64,000 nucleotides of DNA, taken from NCBI GenBank assembly GCA_043803815.1, contig JAZDJR010000014.1:26822-90821 (forward strand), given 5' to 3'. Every line of letters starts with the position of its first letter. The first letter of the stretch is position 1. The notes beneath the pieces are model-generated. The model searched no databases and was not told the origin of the DNA. It saw nothing but the letters and a program-made list of their open reading frames with translations. Position numbers and translations under genes: made by a program. Positions 1 to 9,469 of this stretch are shown here, piece after piece. Source of the DNA: Candidatus Micrarchaeota archaeon. Its GTDB lineage: Archaea > Iainarchaeota > Iainarchaeia > Iainarchaeales > JAGVWC01.

Positions 1-2034
1 TTCTCCTCCAACAAGCTCATCCAAATAATACACCAATTCAGTCTCATATTTTTCGCCGGTGCGCAAGCTGAATTGGAAAGTTCCGTTCGGCGTGCTGGCC
101 ACGAAGCTTGCAATGGTGCTCTGTTCGCAAGCCGGAATCTTTTTGCAAACCTTGTTTCCCGCGCTGTCAATCGAACAATCCCTTGGCAGGATGGACCAAT
201 CATAATTTGGCTTGATCATGGTCGTGTTTGCGATTTCCTGTTGCGTAACGGTTTGAACGCTTCCGCAATCGTTTCCAACGCTGAAAGAATTCACTCCGCA
301 TTTTCCGGATTCCGAATTGCAATGGCTTTCACACTCTTTTTTGGCGTAGGTTGCCCAGGTTTCCGAAGATTTGCAGGAAGAATCGCTTCCTTCCTGGCTG
401 GTTGTTCCGTCATAACATTCCCATTTCGCGTTTCGGAAGCCGTTCGGAACATTGCTTGGAGGCGCTGGAGACGCTTCCGGCAACGGGCATTTCGTGCTCG
501 TGCTAACACCTGTCAGGCTGAGTTTTGAAAGGGTTGCTCCTTTCTCCGTAATTAATGCCAGTATGTTTTGCGGCAATTTGAATTGTTTTCCCACTTGAAC
601 GGTAATCGCTCCTTGTCCTCCGCCGCCTCCGCTGGGCTCGGAAAGAACCAGCATCGCGGTGCTTGAAGATAATTCTTTCAGCGAAAGAATGAATCCAAAC
701 ACGGATTGCGAATCTCCCTGTTTGAGGGAAAATCGCAGGCCAAGCCCGGAAACCTTGTCCACTGCTGAAAGGTCTGCAATAAAGCCCCCTTCGCAAGGCG
801 GACAGGGCCGCCCTTCTTGGCAGGCCTGGCATGCCCTCGAACCAATCCCTTCCAATCTAATTTTAATTTTTTGTTTTTCGCCCGAATAATAAGCGCTTTG
901 CCCTGATGCGAGCTTGAATACTTGGTTCAAGCGGATGATTTCGGTTTGGTTTTCGCCTTGTTCAATGCAGTTTCCGTTCTGGCATCCATTGGGGCAGTAT
1001 CCCGCGTTGTACCATTGGCCAGTGTCATTGCATTTTTGCGTCCATTGGCCGCTGGAATCGCATTGAACCGTTTCCGGATTGCATCCGCTGTTGGGCTGGG
1101 TTGTTAAGGAAACAGTATCAAAATAGATTTCGCGGTTTTGTTCCCCAACATCGCGTGCAAACACAATTCCGATTCTGTCTCCGAGCGGAACAGCGTCCGC
1201 TCCGAATGGAACGTCCGAATAAACGCGCTGGGGACTGCTCCAGTTTTGTCCGTCAAAAGAACTGTAATATAAACCCGGTCCGTTTGAATAACCTTGGAAA
1301 AACATGGTTGGTTTGCCGTTGAATTCCAGTACGTTCAATCCGATGTGGGCATTGGTTGTTATTTTTGCTGCGGACTGTGGTTGCGTCCAAGCGACTCCAT
1401 CCATGGAAGTAACAAACGAAATTCCCTGGTCCGAATATGAATTATAAACAATAATGAGTTTGTTGTCGCTGGCCTGCATCATGCTGGCGTCGAATTCAAA
1501 ATTATTTCCAAACGACAACTGTACGGCCGGACTCCAGTTCACCAAATCGGTGGAGCGCGTTACAAAAACGTGGTTTCCGGTATCCGAATAAGTGGCATAA
1601 TAATAGCCGTCGCGGCCCTGCAAAATGTCGCCAACCGAATTGTTGCTGCTGGTCGGCGTTACCTTTCCCATGTTTGTCCACGAAACCCCGTCGCTTGATG
1701 TCCAAGTATCCAATCCTTCTGAACCAATCGCCAACAATACCGGGTTTCCGGAATTGTCTTTCGTCAGTGCCTCGTCATCCCATGAACTCGCAATAAAGGT
1801 TTCCTGCGACCAGGTTGCTCCGTTGTCCCCGGAAACCGCGGAATAAATGCCATTCTCTTGACCCTGACCGCCGCCCGAATTGTATACAACAACCAAATTG
1901 CCATTCGCAGCCATTGCCATAACGGGTTCCTGGTCCATGTCCGCATCCTTTGTGATTGCAATTTGGGCCAATGCCAGCGAAGCAAACGCCAGTGCCAAAA
2001 CAAGGGTGAATCCAAGCAAGATTTTTTTGTTCAT
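1..2034 (-). CDS. Secreted BNR/Asp-box repeat protein (sialidase-like beta-propeller), 3' end beyond window start
   Basis: Hand-translated minus-strand frame from ATG at 2034: MNKKILLGFTLVLALAFASLALA signal peptide, then repeated S-x-D-x-G-x-T-W Asp-boxes (SGDNGATWSQ, SSDGVSWTN, SMDGVAWTQ). No stop down to position 1. Absent from the ORF track because it runs off the window. Frame checked at 1861-1920 (MAMAANGNLVVVYNSGGGQG). Confidence 0.6.
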   Translation of the reverse strand, partial: MNKKILLGFTLVLALAFASLALAQIAITKDADMDQEPVMAMAANGNLVVVYNSGGGQGQENGIYSAVSGDNGATWSQETFIASSWDDEALTKDNSGNPVLLAIGSEGLDTWTSSDGVSWTNMGKVTPTSSNNSVGDILQGRDGYYYATYSDTGNHVFVTRSTDLVNWSPAVQLSFGNNFEFDASMMQASDNKLIIVYNSYSDQGISFVTSMDGVAWTQPQSAAKITTNAHIGLNVLEFNGKPTMFFQGYSNGPGLYYSSFDGQNWSSPQRVYSDVPFGADAVPLGDRIGIVFARDVGEQNREIYFDTVSLTTQPNSGCNPETVQCDSSGQWTQKCNDTGQWYNAGYCPNGCQNGNCIEQGENQTEIIRLNQVFKLASGQSAYYSGEKQKIKIRLEGIGSRACQACQEGRPCPPCEGGFIADLSAVDKVSGLGLRFSLKQGDSQSVFGFILSLKELSSSTAMLVLSEPSGGGGGQGAITVQVGKQFKLPQNILALITEKGATLSKLSLTGVSTSTKCPLPEASPAPPSNVPNGFRNAKWECYDGTTSQEGSDSSCKSSETWATYAKKECESHCNSESGKCGVNSFSVGNDCGSVQTVTQQEIANTTMIKPNYDWSILPRDCSIDSAGNKVCKKIPACEQSTIASFVASTPNGTFQFSLRTGEKYETELVYYLDELVGGE

Positions 2035-2264
2035 CCAAGGTCCCAACAAAATTCAATTTTTTCCAAATTTTATGTATTGTATGAAAATTCTTATTTATTA
2101 ACATGCCGATTTGGAAAGGAAAAAACACAAAAGATTACCGCGGAAAAACCCGGCTGACAAAAGCAGTTACTGCCAAAAAACCGGGGGTTTAGGCTGTTCT
2201 GGTTCCCGATTTTTTCCGGTTTTAAGGTTTCGTTTTGCGGGAAAAAACGCTTTTTTTTGCCTAA

Positions 2265-3257
2265 TTACAAGGCGCTTTCCGGCCGGTTTTTCAAAAAAAA
2301 TTCTGCCGCTCGATAGCTGCTCCGCACAAACGGCCCCGATTGGCAGGCCAAAAAGCCTTTTTCCAATGCCGCCTGCTTGAATTCCTCGAACTCTTTCGGG
2401 GTCACAAAACGCTGTACGGAAAGCTGTTTTTGCGATGGCTGGAGGTACTGTCCCAGGTACATAATGTCCACTTTTGCATTTCGCAAATCGTCCATCGCCT
2501 CCAGCACTTCCTCTTTTGTTTCCCCCATTCCAAGCATGAGCGAAGATTTGGTGAGCAATTCCAGCCGCTTTTTTTTTGCCAATTCTTTTGCACGTTTCAA
2601 AACCAAAAGCGACTGCGTATAATTCGCCCTTTGGTCGCGCACCTTTTTCTGCAGCCGTTCCACGGTCTCCAAATTGTGCCCGAAAACATCCGGCCCTGCA
2701 TTTACCACCATTGAAATTAATTCTTTTTTTCCCGAAAAATCGGGAACCAACACCTCGATTCTTGTTTTCGGGTTTTGCTTTTTGGTTTCCAAAATGCAGG
2801 CGGCAAAGTGATTCGCTCCGTCGTCTTTCAAATCGTCGCGGTCAACCGAAGTCAAAACCGCGTAATCCAGTTTCATTTCGCGGATTGTTTTGGCTAATTG
2901 CTCGGGCTCTTTTTCATCCACCGATTTTCCGTTCACAGCGCTTTTGGTTGCGCAGAAACCGCAACTGCGTGTGCACACATCCCCCAAAATCAGGAAAGCC
3001 GCGGTTCCATTGCTCCAGCATTCGCTCATGTTCGGGCAGTGGGCCTCCTCGCAAACCGTGTGCAAACCGGTTTTCGAAATCTTCTCGCGTAACTCGCCAT
3101 ACTGCTCCGTGGTGGGCGGACGGATTTTGAGCCAATCGGGCTTTGGAATCCGTGTTTTCGCTTGCGGCTCCATTCCAACAAAATGATTTTTTGGCAATTT
3201 AAACGTGCGGTTGCCGGATAATTCTTGACAATATTTATCCAAAAACCCCGCTATCAA
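2265..3257 (-). CDS. lipA: Lipoyl synthase (radical SAM)
   Basis: CEEAHCPNMSECW and CTRSCGFCA cysteine clusters, plus overall LipA-like sequence. True start may be the internal Met at 3173 (MEPQAKTRIPKPDWLKI). Confidence 0.85.
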   Translation of the reverse strand: MIAGFLDKYCQELSGNRTFKLPKNHFVGMEPQAKTRIPKPDWLKIRPPTTEQYGELREKISKTGLHTVCEEAHCPNMSECWSNGTAAFLILGDVCTRSCGFCATKSAVNGKSVDEKEPEQLAKTIREMKLDYAVLTSVDRDDLKDDGANHFAACILETKKQNPKTRIEVLVPDFSGKKELISMVVNAGPDVFGHNLETVERLQKKVRDQRANYTQSLLVLKRAKELAKKKRLELLTKSSLMLGMGETKEEVLEAMDDLRNAKVDIMYLGQYLQPSQKQLSVQRFVTPKEFEEFKQAALEKGFLACQSGPFVRSSYRAAEFFLKNRPESAL

Positions 3258-3341
3258 CCGGTTAGGCTTTTTCCTTTGGATTTGGATACTGCTTTATTAA
3301 CGCCAAACCAATAATGGTTCAGGATAAAACCATCGGAGGTT

Positions 3342-4160
3342 TTGAATATGAATCGATTATACGGATGGCTCTTGGCAGGGCTTTTGGTGGTTGCCGTAAT
3401 GGTAGCCGGCGGCCTTGTCAATCCAAGCGGAATTCACGTTTCCTCAGCCGACCCGTTGAATGCCAACGCGGTTCCCATAACCGCTAATTTGGCGGCGGAC
3501 GACTCAACCAGCGCCGAAAACCTGCGCACGATTTCGGTGTCATCCACGGTTGAAGTATCCGCGGAACCCACCAAAGCCGAACTCTGGTTTTCGGTCGAGA
3601 CACTGGCTCCAACCGCACAGGTTTCCCAGCAGCAAAACGCCAGCCTGACCCAAAAAGTAATCGCCGCACTGGCCGGCATGGGCATCACGGGCAAAAACGT
3701 GGAAACATCGTCCTATTCGCTTTACCAAAAAACCGAGTGGGACTCCAGAACCCAAGAAAACGTGGACAGGGGATTTCAAACCGTCAACTCGATTAAAGTA
3801 ACCGTCAACGACCTGTCCAAAACAGGCCAAGTCATCGACCAGGCCGTGCAAGCCGGCGCCAACCGCGTAACCAGCATCGCTTTTACGGTGGATGACGCAA
3901 AGCAAGCCGAACTCAAGCGCACCGGCCTGATCAAAGCAAGCCAGGAAGCCAAAGTCAAAGCCCAAGCCATCGCTTCCGGACTTGGAATCGAACTGGACGG
4001 CGTGCAAAGCGTAAGTGAAAACAGCTCGTACTACGTTCCCTATAACCGCTCATTTGACCTGGCCCAAAGCGCAGGCTCAATGGCGGCGCCCGAAACCCCG
4101 ATTTCACCCGGCGATGTCAAAGTCAGCGCCAACATAAACGTCGTCTTTAAAATCAAGTAA
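3342..4160 (+). CDS. SIMPL/DUF541-family secreted protein
   Basis: N-terminal TM/signal, then composition and length typical of the SIMPL 26-kDa periplasmic protein family. No catalytic motifs. Confidence 0.5.
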   Translation: MNMNRLYGWLLAGLLVVAVMVAGGLVNPSGIHVSSADPLNANAVPITANLAADDSTSAENLRTISVSSTVEVSAEPTKAELWFSVETLAPTAQVSQQQNASLTQKVIAALAGMGITGKNVETSSYSLYQKTEWDSRTQENVDRGFQTVNSIKVTVNDLSKTGQVIDQAVQAGANRVTSIAFTVDDAKQAELKRTGLIKASQEAKVKAQAIASGLGIELDGVQSVSENSSYYVPYNRSFDLAQSAGSMAAPETPISPGDVKVSANINVVFKIK

Positions 4161-4162
4161 CG

Positions 4163-4200
4163 GGAAAAACTCCCGTTATTTCTTTTTTTTATTTTTAAAA
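4163..4200. terminator. Bidirectional terminator hairpin plus T-tract between convergent genes
   Basis: aacgggaaaaactcccgtt stem-loop followed by a tttcttttttttatttttaaaa run, between the SIMPL gene (+) and the DEAD-box gene (-). Confidence 0.5.
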
Positions 4201-4257
4201 CGCCAAAACTACGGTAGAGTGGTAGCAGAAAAAAAGCTTGAAAAAATTGTTGCAACG

Positions 4258-5418
4258 CTAGTTTTTGCGCTGGCGCGGAACAATTTCCTCAATGCGCGTA
4301 TTGGCGATTCGTTCGATGTTTTGGATGCGCTCCAATTCCGAAACATTGGTCAAAAAAGTAATGGCAATTCCGGTTCCGCCTTTTCTCGCGGTCCTTCCGA
4401 TGCGATGAATATACGTCTCGTCTTCTTCGGGTAATTCGAAATTAAACACGTGCGAAATTCCCTCGATTTGCAGTCCGCGGGCCGCCACGTTGGTCGCAAT
4501 CAGCAGATTGATTTTGCCGGCTTTGAACATGGCCAAAGACCGTTCGCGCTGGGCCTGCGAAAAATCGCCGTGCATGGCAACGCTGTTGACGCGCCGCTTG
4601 TGCAGTTCGCGCGACAGCCAGTCCACGGTTCGCTTGGTGCGGCAAAAAATAACGCATTTGGGCATTTGCTGCGTGCTGAGCAATTGCACCAAAGTGGAAA
4701 CGCGCTGGCGAGTGTCCACCATGATATAATACTGCTTGATTCCTTCAACCGTCAAAGTATCCATAGACAGGTTGATTTCCGACGGGCTGTTCATAAACCT
4801 GCGCGTTATATCCTTGATTTCGCGGCTTATCGTAGCGCTGAACAGCATGGTCTGGCGCTTGCGCGGCAAAAAAGAAAGAATGCGCTCCACGTCTTCCCGA
4901 AACCCCATTTCGAACATTTTGTCGGCTTCGTCCAGAATAACGGTTTGCACATGCGTAAAATCCAGCATATGCCGCTCGAACAAATCAATAAGCCGTCCGG
5001 GAGTTCCGACCACAATCTGGGGCTTTTTGCGCAGTTCGTCGATTTGCATGTTAATGCTGGAACCGCCGTAAACGCAAACCGAACGGGCGCCGCAGTGCTT
5101 TCCCAAAAGCGTGATTTCGCGGGAAACCTGCTGGCTAAGCTCGCGAACCGGAACCACGATTAAGGTACGGATATTTTTTTCCAGCGGATCCATTTTTTGA
5201 AGCAAAGGAAGCGCAAACGCCGCGGTTTTTCCCGTTCCGGTTTTGGCCTGGCCGACAATGTCTTTTCCTTCCAATGCCAAAGGAATGGTCTCGACCTGAA
5301 TGTCGGTGGGCTCCGAAAAGCCGGCTTCCTTGATTCCCTGCAATACGTTTTTGTTGAATCCAAATTCGTCAAAGTTCACGTTTTTCACCGTTTGAAAAAA
5401 CCAGAAAAAGAAATTCAA
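4258..5418 (-). CDS. DEAD-box ATP-dependent RNA helicase
   Basis: Q-motif (FDEFGF...PTDIQ), Walker A AKTGTGKT, DEAD as VILDEADKM, SAT, HRIGRTARKG. An in-frame GTG at 5389 is an alternative start. Confidence 0.85.
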   Translation of the reverse strand: MNFFFWFFQTVKNVNFDEFGFNKNVLQGIKEAGFSEPTDIQVETIPLALEGKDIVGQAKTGTGKTAAFALPLLQKMDPLEKNIRTLIVVPVRELSQQVSREITLLGKHCGARSVCVYGGSSINMQIDELRKKPQIVVGTPGRLIDLFERHMLDFTHVQTVILDEADKMFEMGFREDVERILSFLPRKRQTMLFSATISREIKDITRRFMNSPSEINLSMDTLTVEGIKQYYIMVDTRQRVSTLVQLLSTQQMPKCVIFCRTKRTVDWLSRELHKRRVNSVAMHGDFSQAQRERSLAMFKAGKINLLIATNVAARGLQIEGISHVFNFELPEEDETYIHRIGRTARKGGTGIAITFLTNVSELERIQNIERIANTRIEEIVPRQRKN

Positions 5419-5492
5419 AAGAACCGGATATTTCTAATTATGGCTTTTGATTATTGAATAAATTTTTTTAACGCCCACGCCCTGTTTTTGGC

Positions 5493-5690
5493 TTACTTTT
5501 TGGAAAACCATTGAAATCCGATCAATCCGTACGCGATAACCAGTATGCCAAGCAATGCCCGGATCAACAGTTTAACGCTTCCCAACCATTCCAAAAAATC
5601 GATTCCGAAAAAATCACCCATCAATACCGCGCCGCCGATAACCGCGGCAACGGAAAGCAGCTGCATGGAAATTTTTTTGACGGAATCCAT
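5493..5690 (-). CDS. Small two-TM membrane protein
   Basis: 65-aa ORF with two hydrophobic helices. Compact intergenic fit. Confidence 0.35.
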   Translation of the reverse strand: MDSVKKISMQLLSVAAVIGGAVLMGDFFGIDFLEWLGSVKLLIRALLGILVIAYGLIGFQWFSKK

Positions 5691-5730
5691 ACAAAAATTA
5701 CCTCCTTTGGATATAAAAATAAAACGGTTG

Positions 5731-6348
5731 CTAGCGGCTTAATTTTTCCCGCATCCGCGCCAAAGTGCCGTTGATTTCTTCGGCTTCCAAAACCGCTTTT
5801 TTAAACTGGGGGGTCTGGGACACTCCTTTGCATTGCTCAAGGTCCAATAAAGAAGCCTTTAACGAAACGATTTCAAGCTTCAAATCGCGCGTCAAAGTCA
5901 TCAGCAGTTCCCCGAGCTTTTCATTGTCGTTTTTGAGCTCTTTTTCGAATTTTCGCCGTTCCGTCAAATCCCGAAATCCCACATACAATCCGGCGATTTT
6001 TCCTTCCATGCGGATTTCCGTGGCGTTTAATTCGTAATGCAATTTGTCCCCCGCTTTGGTCATGGCTTCGATTTCAAACGGCGGGCTGGCCGTGCCTGCC
6101 ATATGCATCAAAAATTTTTCAATGCAAACAGCCCTGCTTTTCAAAGTCAGCAGCCCCGATTCGAAAAATTTTTTCCCGACAAGCTCTTTTTTTGAATAAC
6201 CCGTGACTTCTTCCAGGCGCTTATTCACCAGCAAAAACCGGCCGTCAAAATCGAGCAATGCCTTGGGGTCCAGGGTGTTCTCGAAAAAAAACAAGGGGTC
6301 TTTTTCCACCAGTTTTGAAACATCCGGCTTTTCGGGCATTGATTGCAA
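5731..6348 (-). CDS. PAS-domain sensor protein with C-terminal coiled coil
   Basis: PAS-like block (FENTLDPKALLDFDGRFLLVNKRLEEVTGYSKKELVGKKF...) followed by a heptad-rich tail. Confidence 0.55.
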   Translation of the reverse strand: MQSMPEKPDVSKLVEKDPLFFFENTLDPKALLDFDGRFLLVNKRLEEVTGYSKKELVGKKFFESGLLTLKSRAVCIEKFLMHMAGTASPPFEIEAMTKAGDKLHYELNATEIRMEGKIAGLYVGFRDLTERRKFEKELKNDNEKLGELLMTLTRDLKLEIVSLKASLLDLEQCKGVSQTPQFKKAVLEAEEINGTLARMREKLSR

Positions 6349-6510
6349 TAACGGCGACAGGCTATTTATGGTTTTCGAATCGATTTCATCGGCAATGTTC
6401 AGCCTTCAAGAATTTAAAATCGGTTTTGGCGCTTTTTTGAAATGCAACACGGTATCGGTTCAAAATAACAATAAAAAAATAGACAAAATAATTTTTGACT
6501 TGAAAAACCA

Positions 6511-6582
6511 CGCCGCTTCCGGGAGTTGAACCCGGCCCTCACCCGTGACAGGGGTGCATCCTAACCGATAGACGAAAGCAGC
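6511..6582 (-). tRNA. tRNA-Asp (GUC)
   Basis: Cloverleaf by hand: acceptor gctgctt/aagcggc, anticodon stem caccc/gggtg with loop cuGUCac, T-arm ccggg-ttcaact-cccgg. Confidence 0.75.
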
Positions 6583-6640
6583 AATGCTAAAAGTAACAAA
6601 TTTTGGCGTAAAAGGTTTTTAAGCCAATCCTGCAAAGCAG

Positions 6641-6704
6641 CCTTTTGCTAGCGCAAAAGCCTGGGGAAAAAAGCCTTCGGCAACAACCTTTTGCTGGCCA
6701 AAAG
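6641..6704 (-). terminator. Tandem hairpins plus T-tract downstream of the methyltransferase gene
   Basis: Perfect inverted repeat ccttttgc-tagc-gcaaaagg, a UUCG mini-hairpin gccttcggc, a second hairpin ttttgctggccaaaa, and a T6 run in transcript orientation. Confidence 0.4.
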
Positions 6705-6715
6705 CGGGGGAAAAA

Positions 6716-7852
6716 TTACTGCGGTTTTTTGAAAACCACGACCGCATCCTTGGTTTGCCCCGTCTTAAAGCTTCGATCCGCATGGCACCAGATTTTTCTG
6801 GCGGTAATATTTTTCACAAGTTCAAACCCTTCGGTTGCCGCGATTTTTTCCAGGTACTCGTCCGATTGCACGGGGCCGTGCGGCAGGCAGCCGCCAGCAA
6901 TATTAAACACGCAGACTCCGCCGGGCCTGATTGCGGGAAACAAATTGTTCAAAACTTTTTTCAAATCCAAAAAATACGCCTGGCCGATTAGCGGCAGTTC
7001 CGCAAACTCGGCCACGGGTTCCATGTTCGGGTTGTCCCCGACAAACGCGCGCAACCGCGTCTCCTGATAACCGAAAAACAAGCCCAGTTCGAGCTTGTAA
7101 ACGCTGGTGTATTCGATTTTGTTCAAATAGGGCGGTGAAGTAATCACCGAACCGATGGATTCGGGTTCAAGCGCTATCCTGCGGCAATCCTCGTTCCATA
7201 CGGCGGGCTCTTTTGCAAAGCCGGTTTTGGAATCGTCCAGATTAAATTTCGTTGATTTCAAATCCGCGGCCATTTTGGTTATTTTTCCCAAAAAAAGCTT
7301 GGCTACGGGCATGTCGGGTTTTTTTTGCTTGCGCAAACTGCCGCCGACCTTGACCACGTTAGCCACCCTTCCCGTGGTGTCGATTAAGGCCAGCAAAAAC
7401 AACTCGCGGATTTTTTCATCCAGAATTTGCTCGATTTGCGTTTTATAAAACCACACCGTTTCCAAGGCGGAATGGTAAAACAGTTTTCTAATGCGCGGAT
7501 CCACGGGAATTTTTTCAATCGGTTCGGGCTTTAATCCCCGCAGTTTTTCAAGTTCCGAACCGATTTTTTCCAAATCATAATTTCGCGTCTTTGCGCGGCT
7601 TGCCAGGCACGCCAAAGGCGAAACATCCGTTCCCATGGATTCGATTCCTTTTTTTTTGCACGCGACCAAAGTGGTTCCGACTCCGCAAAACGGGTCGAAC
7701 ACGGGCCCCTTTAACTGGAATTTTTTTAGGCACCAGTTCACAAACTCCTCGGAATAACCCTCCTTGTAATACAGCCAGTTATGAATCGGCTTGTCCTTAT
7801 TCGGGACAAAAGTAACCCAGTCGGCAAGTCTAGCTTCGATATTTTCGGCCAT
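6716..7852 (-). CDS. SAM-dependent N6-A/N4-C (or N2-G RNA) methyltransferase, UPF0020-like motif order
   Basis: Motif I DPFCGVGTT near the N-terminus and motif IV SPPY about 195 aa later. No THUMP domain. Confidence 0.55.
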   Translation of the reverse strand: MAENIEARLADWVTFVPNKDKPIHNWLYYKEGYSEEFVNWCLKKFQLKGPVFDPFCGVGTTLVACKKKGIESMGTDVSPLACLASRAKTRNYDLEKIGSELEKLRGLKPEPIEKIPVDPRIRKLFYHSALETVWFYKTQIEQILDEKIRELFLLALIDTTGRVANVVKVGGSLRKQKKPDMPVAKLFLGKITKMAADLKSTKFNLDDSKTGFAKEPAVWNEDCRRIALEPESIGSVITSPPYLNKIEYTSVYKLELGLFFGYQETRLRAFVGDNPNMEPVAEFAELPLIGQAYFLDLKKVLNNLFPAIRPGGVCVFNIAGGCLPHGPVQSDEYLEKIAATEGFELVKNITARKIWCHADRSFKTGQTKDAVVVFKKPQ

Positions 7853-7891
7853 ATTTTTTTCCGCAACCGCCTGTTTTTTTAGTAACCAATA

Positions 7892-9463
7892 TTGGAACGA
7901 TTATGTTTTTATTGCCCAAAAACCTCAATTAACCCTATGGTTGCCGAATCCAATCCCTTAATGGTCATCGGAATAATTCTGGTGTTCAGCTGGGTTTTAA
8001 GCTTTTTTTTCAAAAGAATCGGCCAAAATCCCGTGGTCGGATTTATCGTTTCGGGGTTTTTGCTCGGGCCCTTTGTATTCCACATTTTAACACCCGAAAC
8101 TCCCCTGGTTCAGGCGTTTTCCGAACTTGGGCTGTTTGTTCTTTTGTTTTATCTTGGAATCGAATTGTCGTTTCGCGACTTTGTCAAAGCGGGCGTTCCC
8201 ACTTTGGGCCTTGCCCTGGCGGACATGTCGGTTTGTTTTCTTGCGGGCTTTTTAATCGCTTTAATGGCTGGCTTTTCCCTTCTTTTTTCCGCCGCCGTCG
8301 GACTTATGATGTTTTCTACTTCCAGTGCCATTGTAGGCAAATTTTTGGTGGATCGCGGCCTGATACGAAAAAAATCCTCGCAAATGGCCTTAGCGATTTT
8401 GATTCTGCAGGACTTTTTGGGAATCTTGGTGCTCGTTTTCATTTCAAGCGTTTCCAGTTCCGGTTCCGCACTGGACTTGGCCCTGACCGCGGTCGTGTTT
8501 GCCGGAGTATCCTTTTATGCGGTGCACCGATTGTCCAAATTCGTTGAAACATACTTCGAGCGCTATCATCTCGGAGCAACCGAACTGACCGTGTACGCTC
8601 TCGCCGTTGCTTTGGTCGTATCCGCCTTGGGAAGCTTTCTGAAACTTAATCCCGCATTGGGCGCGTATTTTGCCGGATTTGCCCTGTCGGAACTGTCGGT
8701 CGGCGAAAAAGTCAAGGAACAAATCGGGTTTTCGCGCGACTTTTTCCTGATGTTTTTTTTCGTTTCTTTTGGCGCGAGCCTGTTTTACAATTCCGTTTCC
8801 CAAACCATCACGTTTCCGGCCATCGACCAGCTCGTGTTCCTAGTCGGACTTTCCATTGTCCTTGGAATCGTGAGCATTATTGTCCACGGCGTGGTACTGA
8901 CCATGATGGGGCCTTTGTTCAACATTTCCAACCGCGAATCCAGCGAAATGGCGATTCTGCTTTCTCCACTCGGAGAATTCGTCATCATCATCGCGATTTC
9001 AATCATCCCGATTCTTGCGGTAACGGAATCGCTTTCTCTTGCGCCGATTGCATTCCTGCTTATTTTGGCTACACTTTTGATTTTCCAGCCGCTCTACAAC
9101 CACCTGAACTGGCACGATCGAATAACCCAAAAAATTCCCGCGTTTGCCTCGCGCGTCCACACCGAACAGCCCAAAACAGAACATTCCAGCGAAAGCATCC
9201 AATGGCTAAAAACGCTTGCCAAAAACCTGCTGCTTTTAGTCTGCCTGGCCTGGCTGACCCTGCAATTATACCGCGCCATCCCGACAATCGGAATTCCGAT
9301 TCCTTTCAGCCGCGAAATATTCACCGTTTTGGTATTCGCGTTTTTCGCGTACATTCCCGTGTCGCGTTCCTTGCGCGCATTCCGCAAAATCATCCACGCC
9401 GCACAGCCAAGCCATTACCACCATCACGGCAAAGTCCTGCACAGCCGCCTGAAAAACTTTTAG
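7892..9463 (+). CDS. Monovalent cation:proton antiporter (CPA2/Kef-type)
   Basis: About 12 predicted TM helices. N-terminal IGQNPVVGFIVSGFLLGP motif typical of Na+/H+ exchanger family. Likely start at the internal Met at 7937. Confidence 0.7.
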   Translation: MERLCFYCPKTSINPMVAESNPLMVIGIILVFSWVLSFFFKRIGQNPVVGFIVSGFLLGPFVFHILTPETPLVQAFSELGLFVLLFYLGIELSFRDFVKAGVPTLGLALADMSVCFLAGFLIALMAGFSLLFSAAVGLMMFSTSSAIVGKFLVDRGLIRKKSSQMALAILILQDFLGILVLVFISSVSSSGSALDLALTAVVFAGVSFYAVHRLSKFVETYFERYHLGATELTVYALAVALVVSALGSFLKLNPALGAYFAGFALSELSVGEKVKEQIGFSRDFFLMFFFVSFGASLFYNSVSQTITFPAIDQLVFLVGLSIVLGIVSIIVHGVVLTMMGPLFNISNRESSEMAILLSPLGEFVIIIAISIIPILAVTESLSLAPIAFLLILATLLIFQPLYNHLNWHDRITQKIPAFASRVHTEQPKTEHSSESIQWLKTLAKNLLLLVCLAWLTLQLYRAIPTIGIPIPFSREIFTVLVFAFFAYIPVSRSLRAFRKIIHAAQPSHYHHHGKVLHSRLKNF

Positions 9464-9469
9464 ACTTTT

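Noticed and set aside
73-1322. Several 60-150-aa + strand ORFs at the window start
   Set aside because: All are antisense to, or out of frame with, the long BNR-protein frame.
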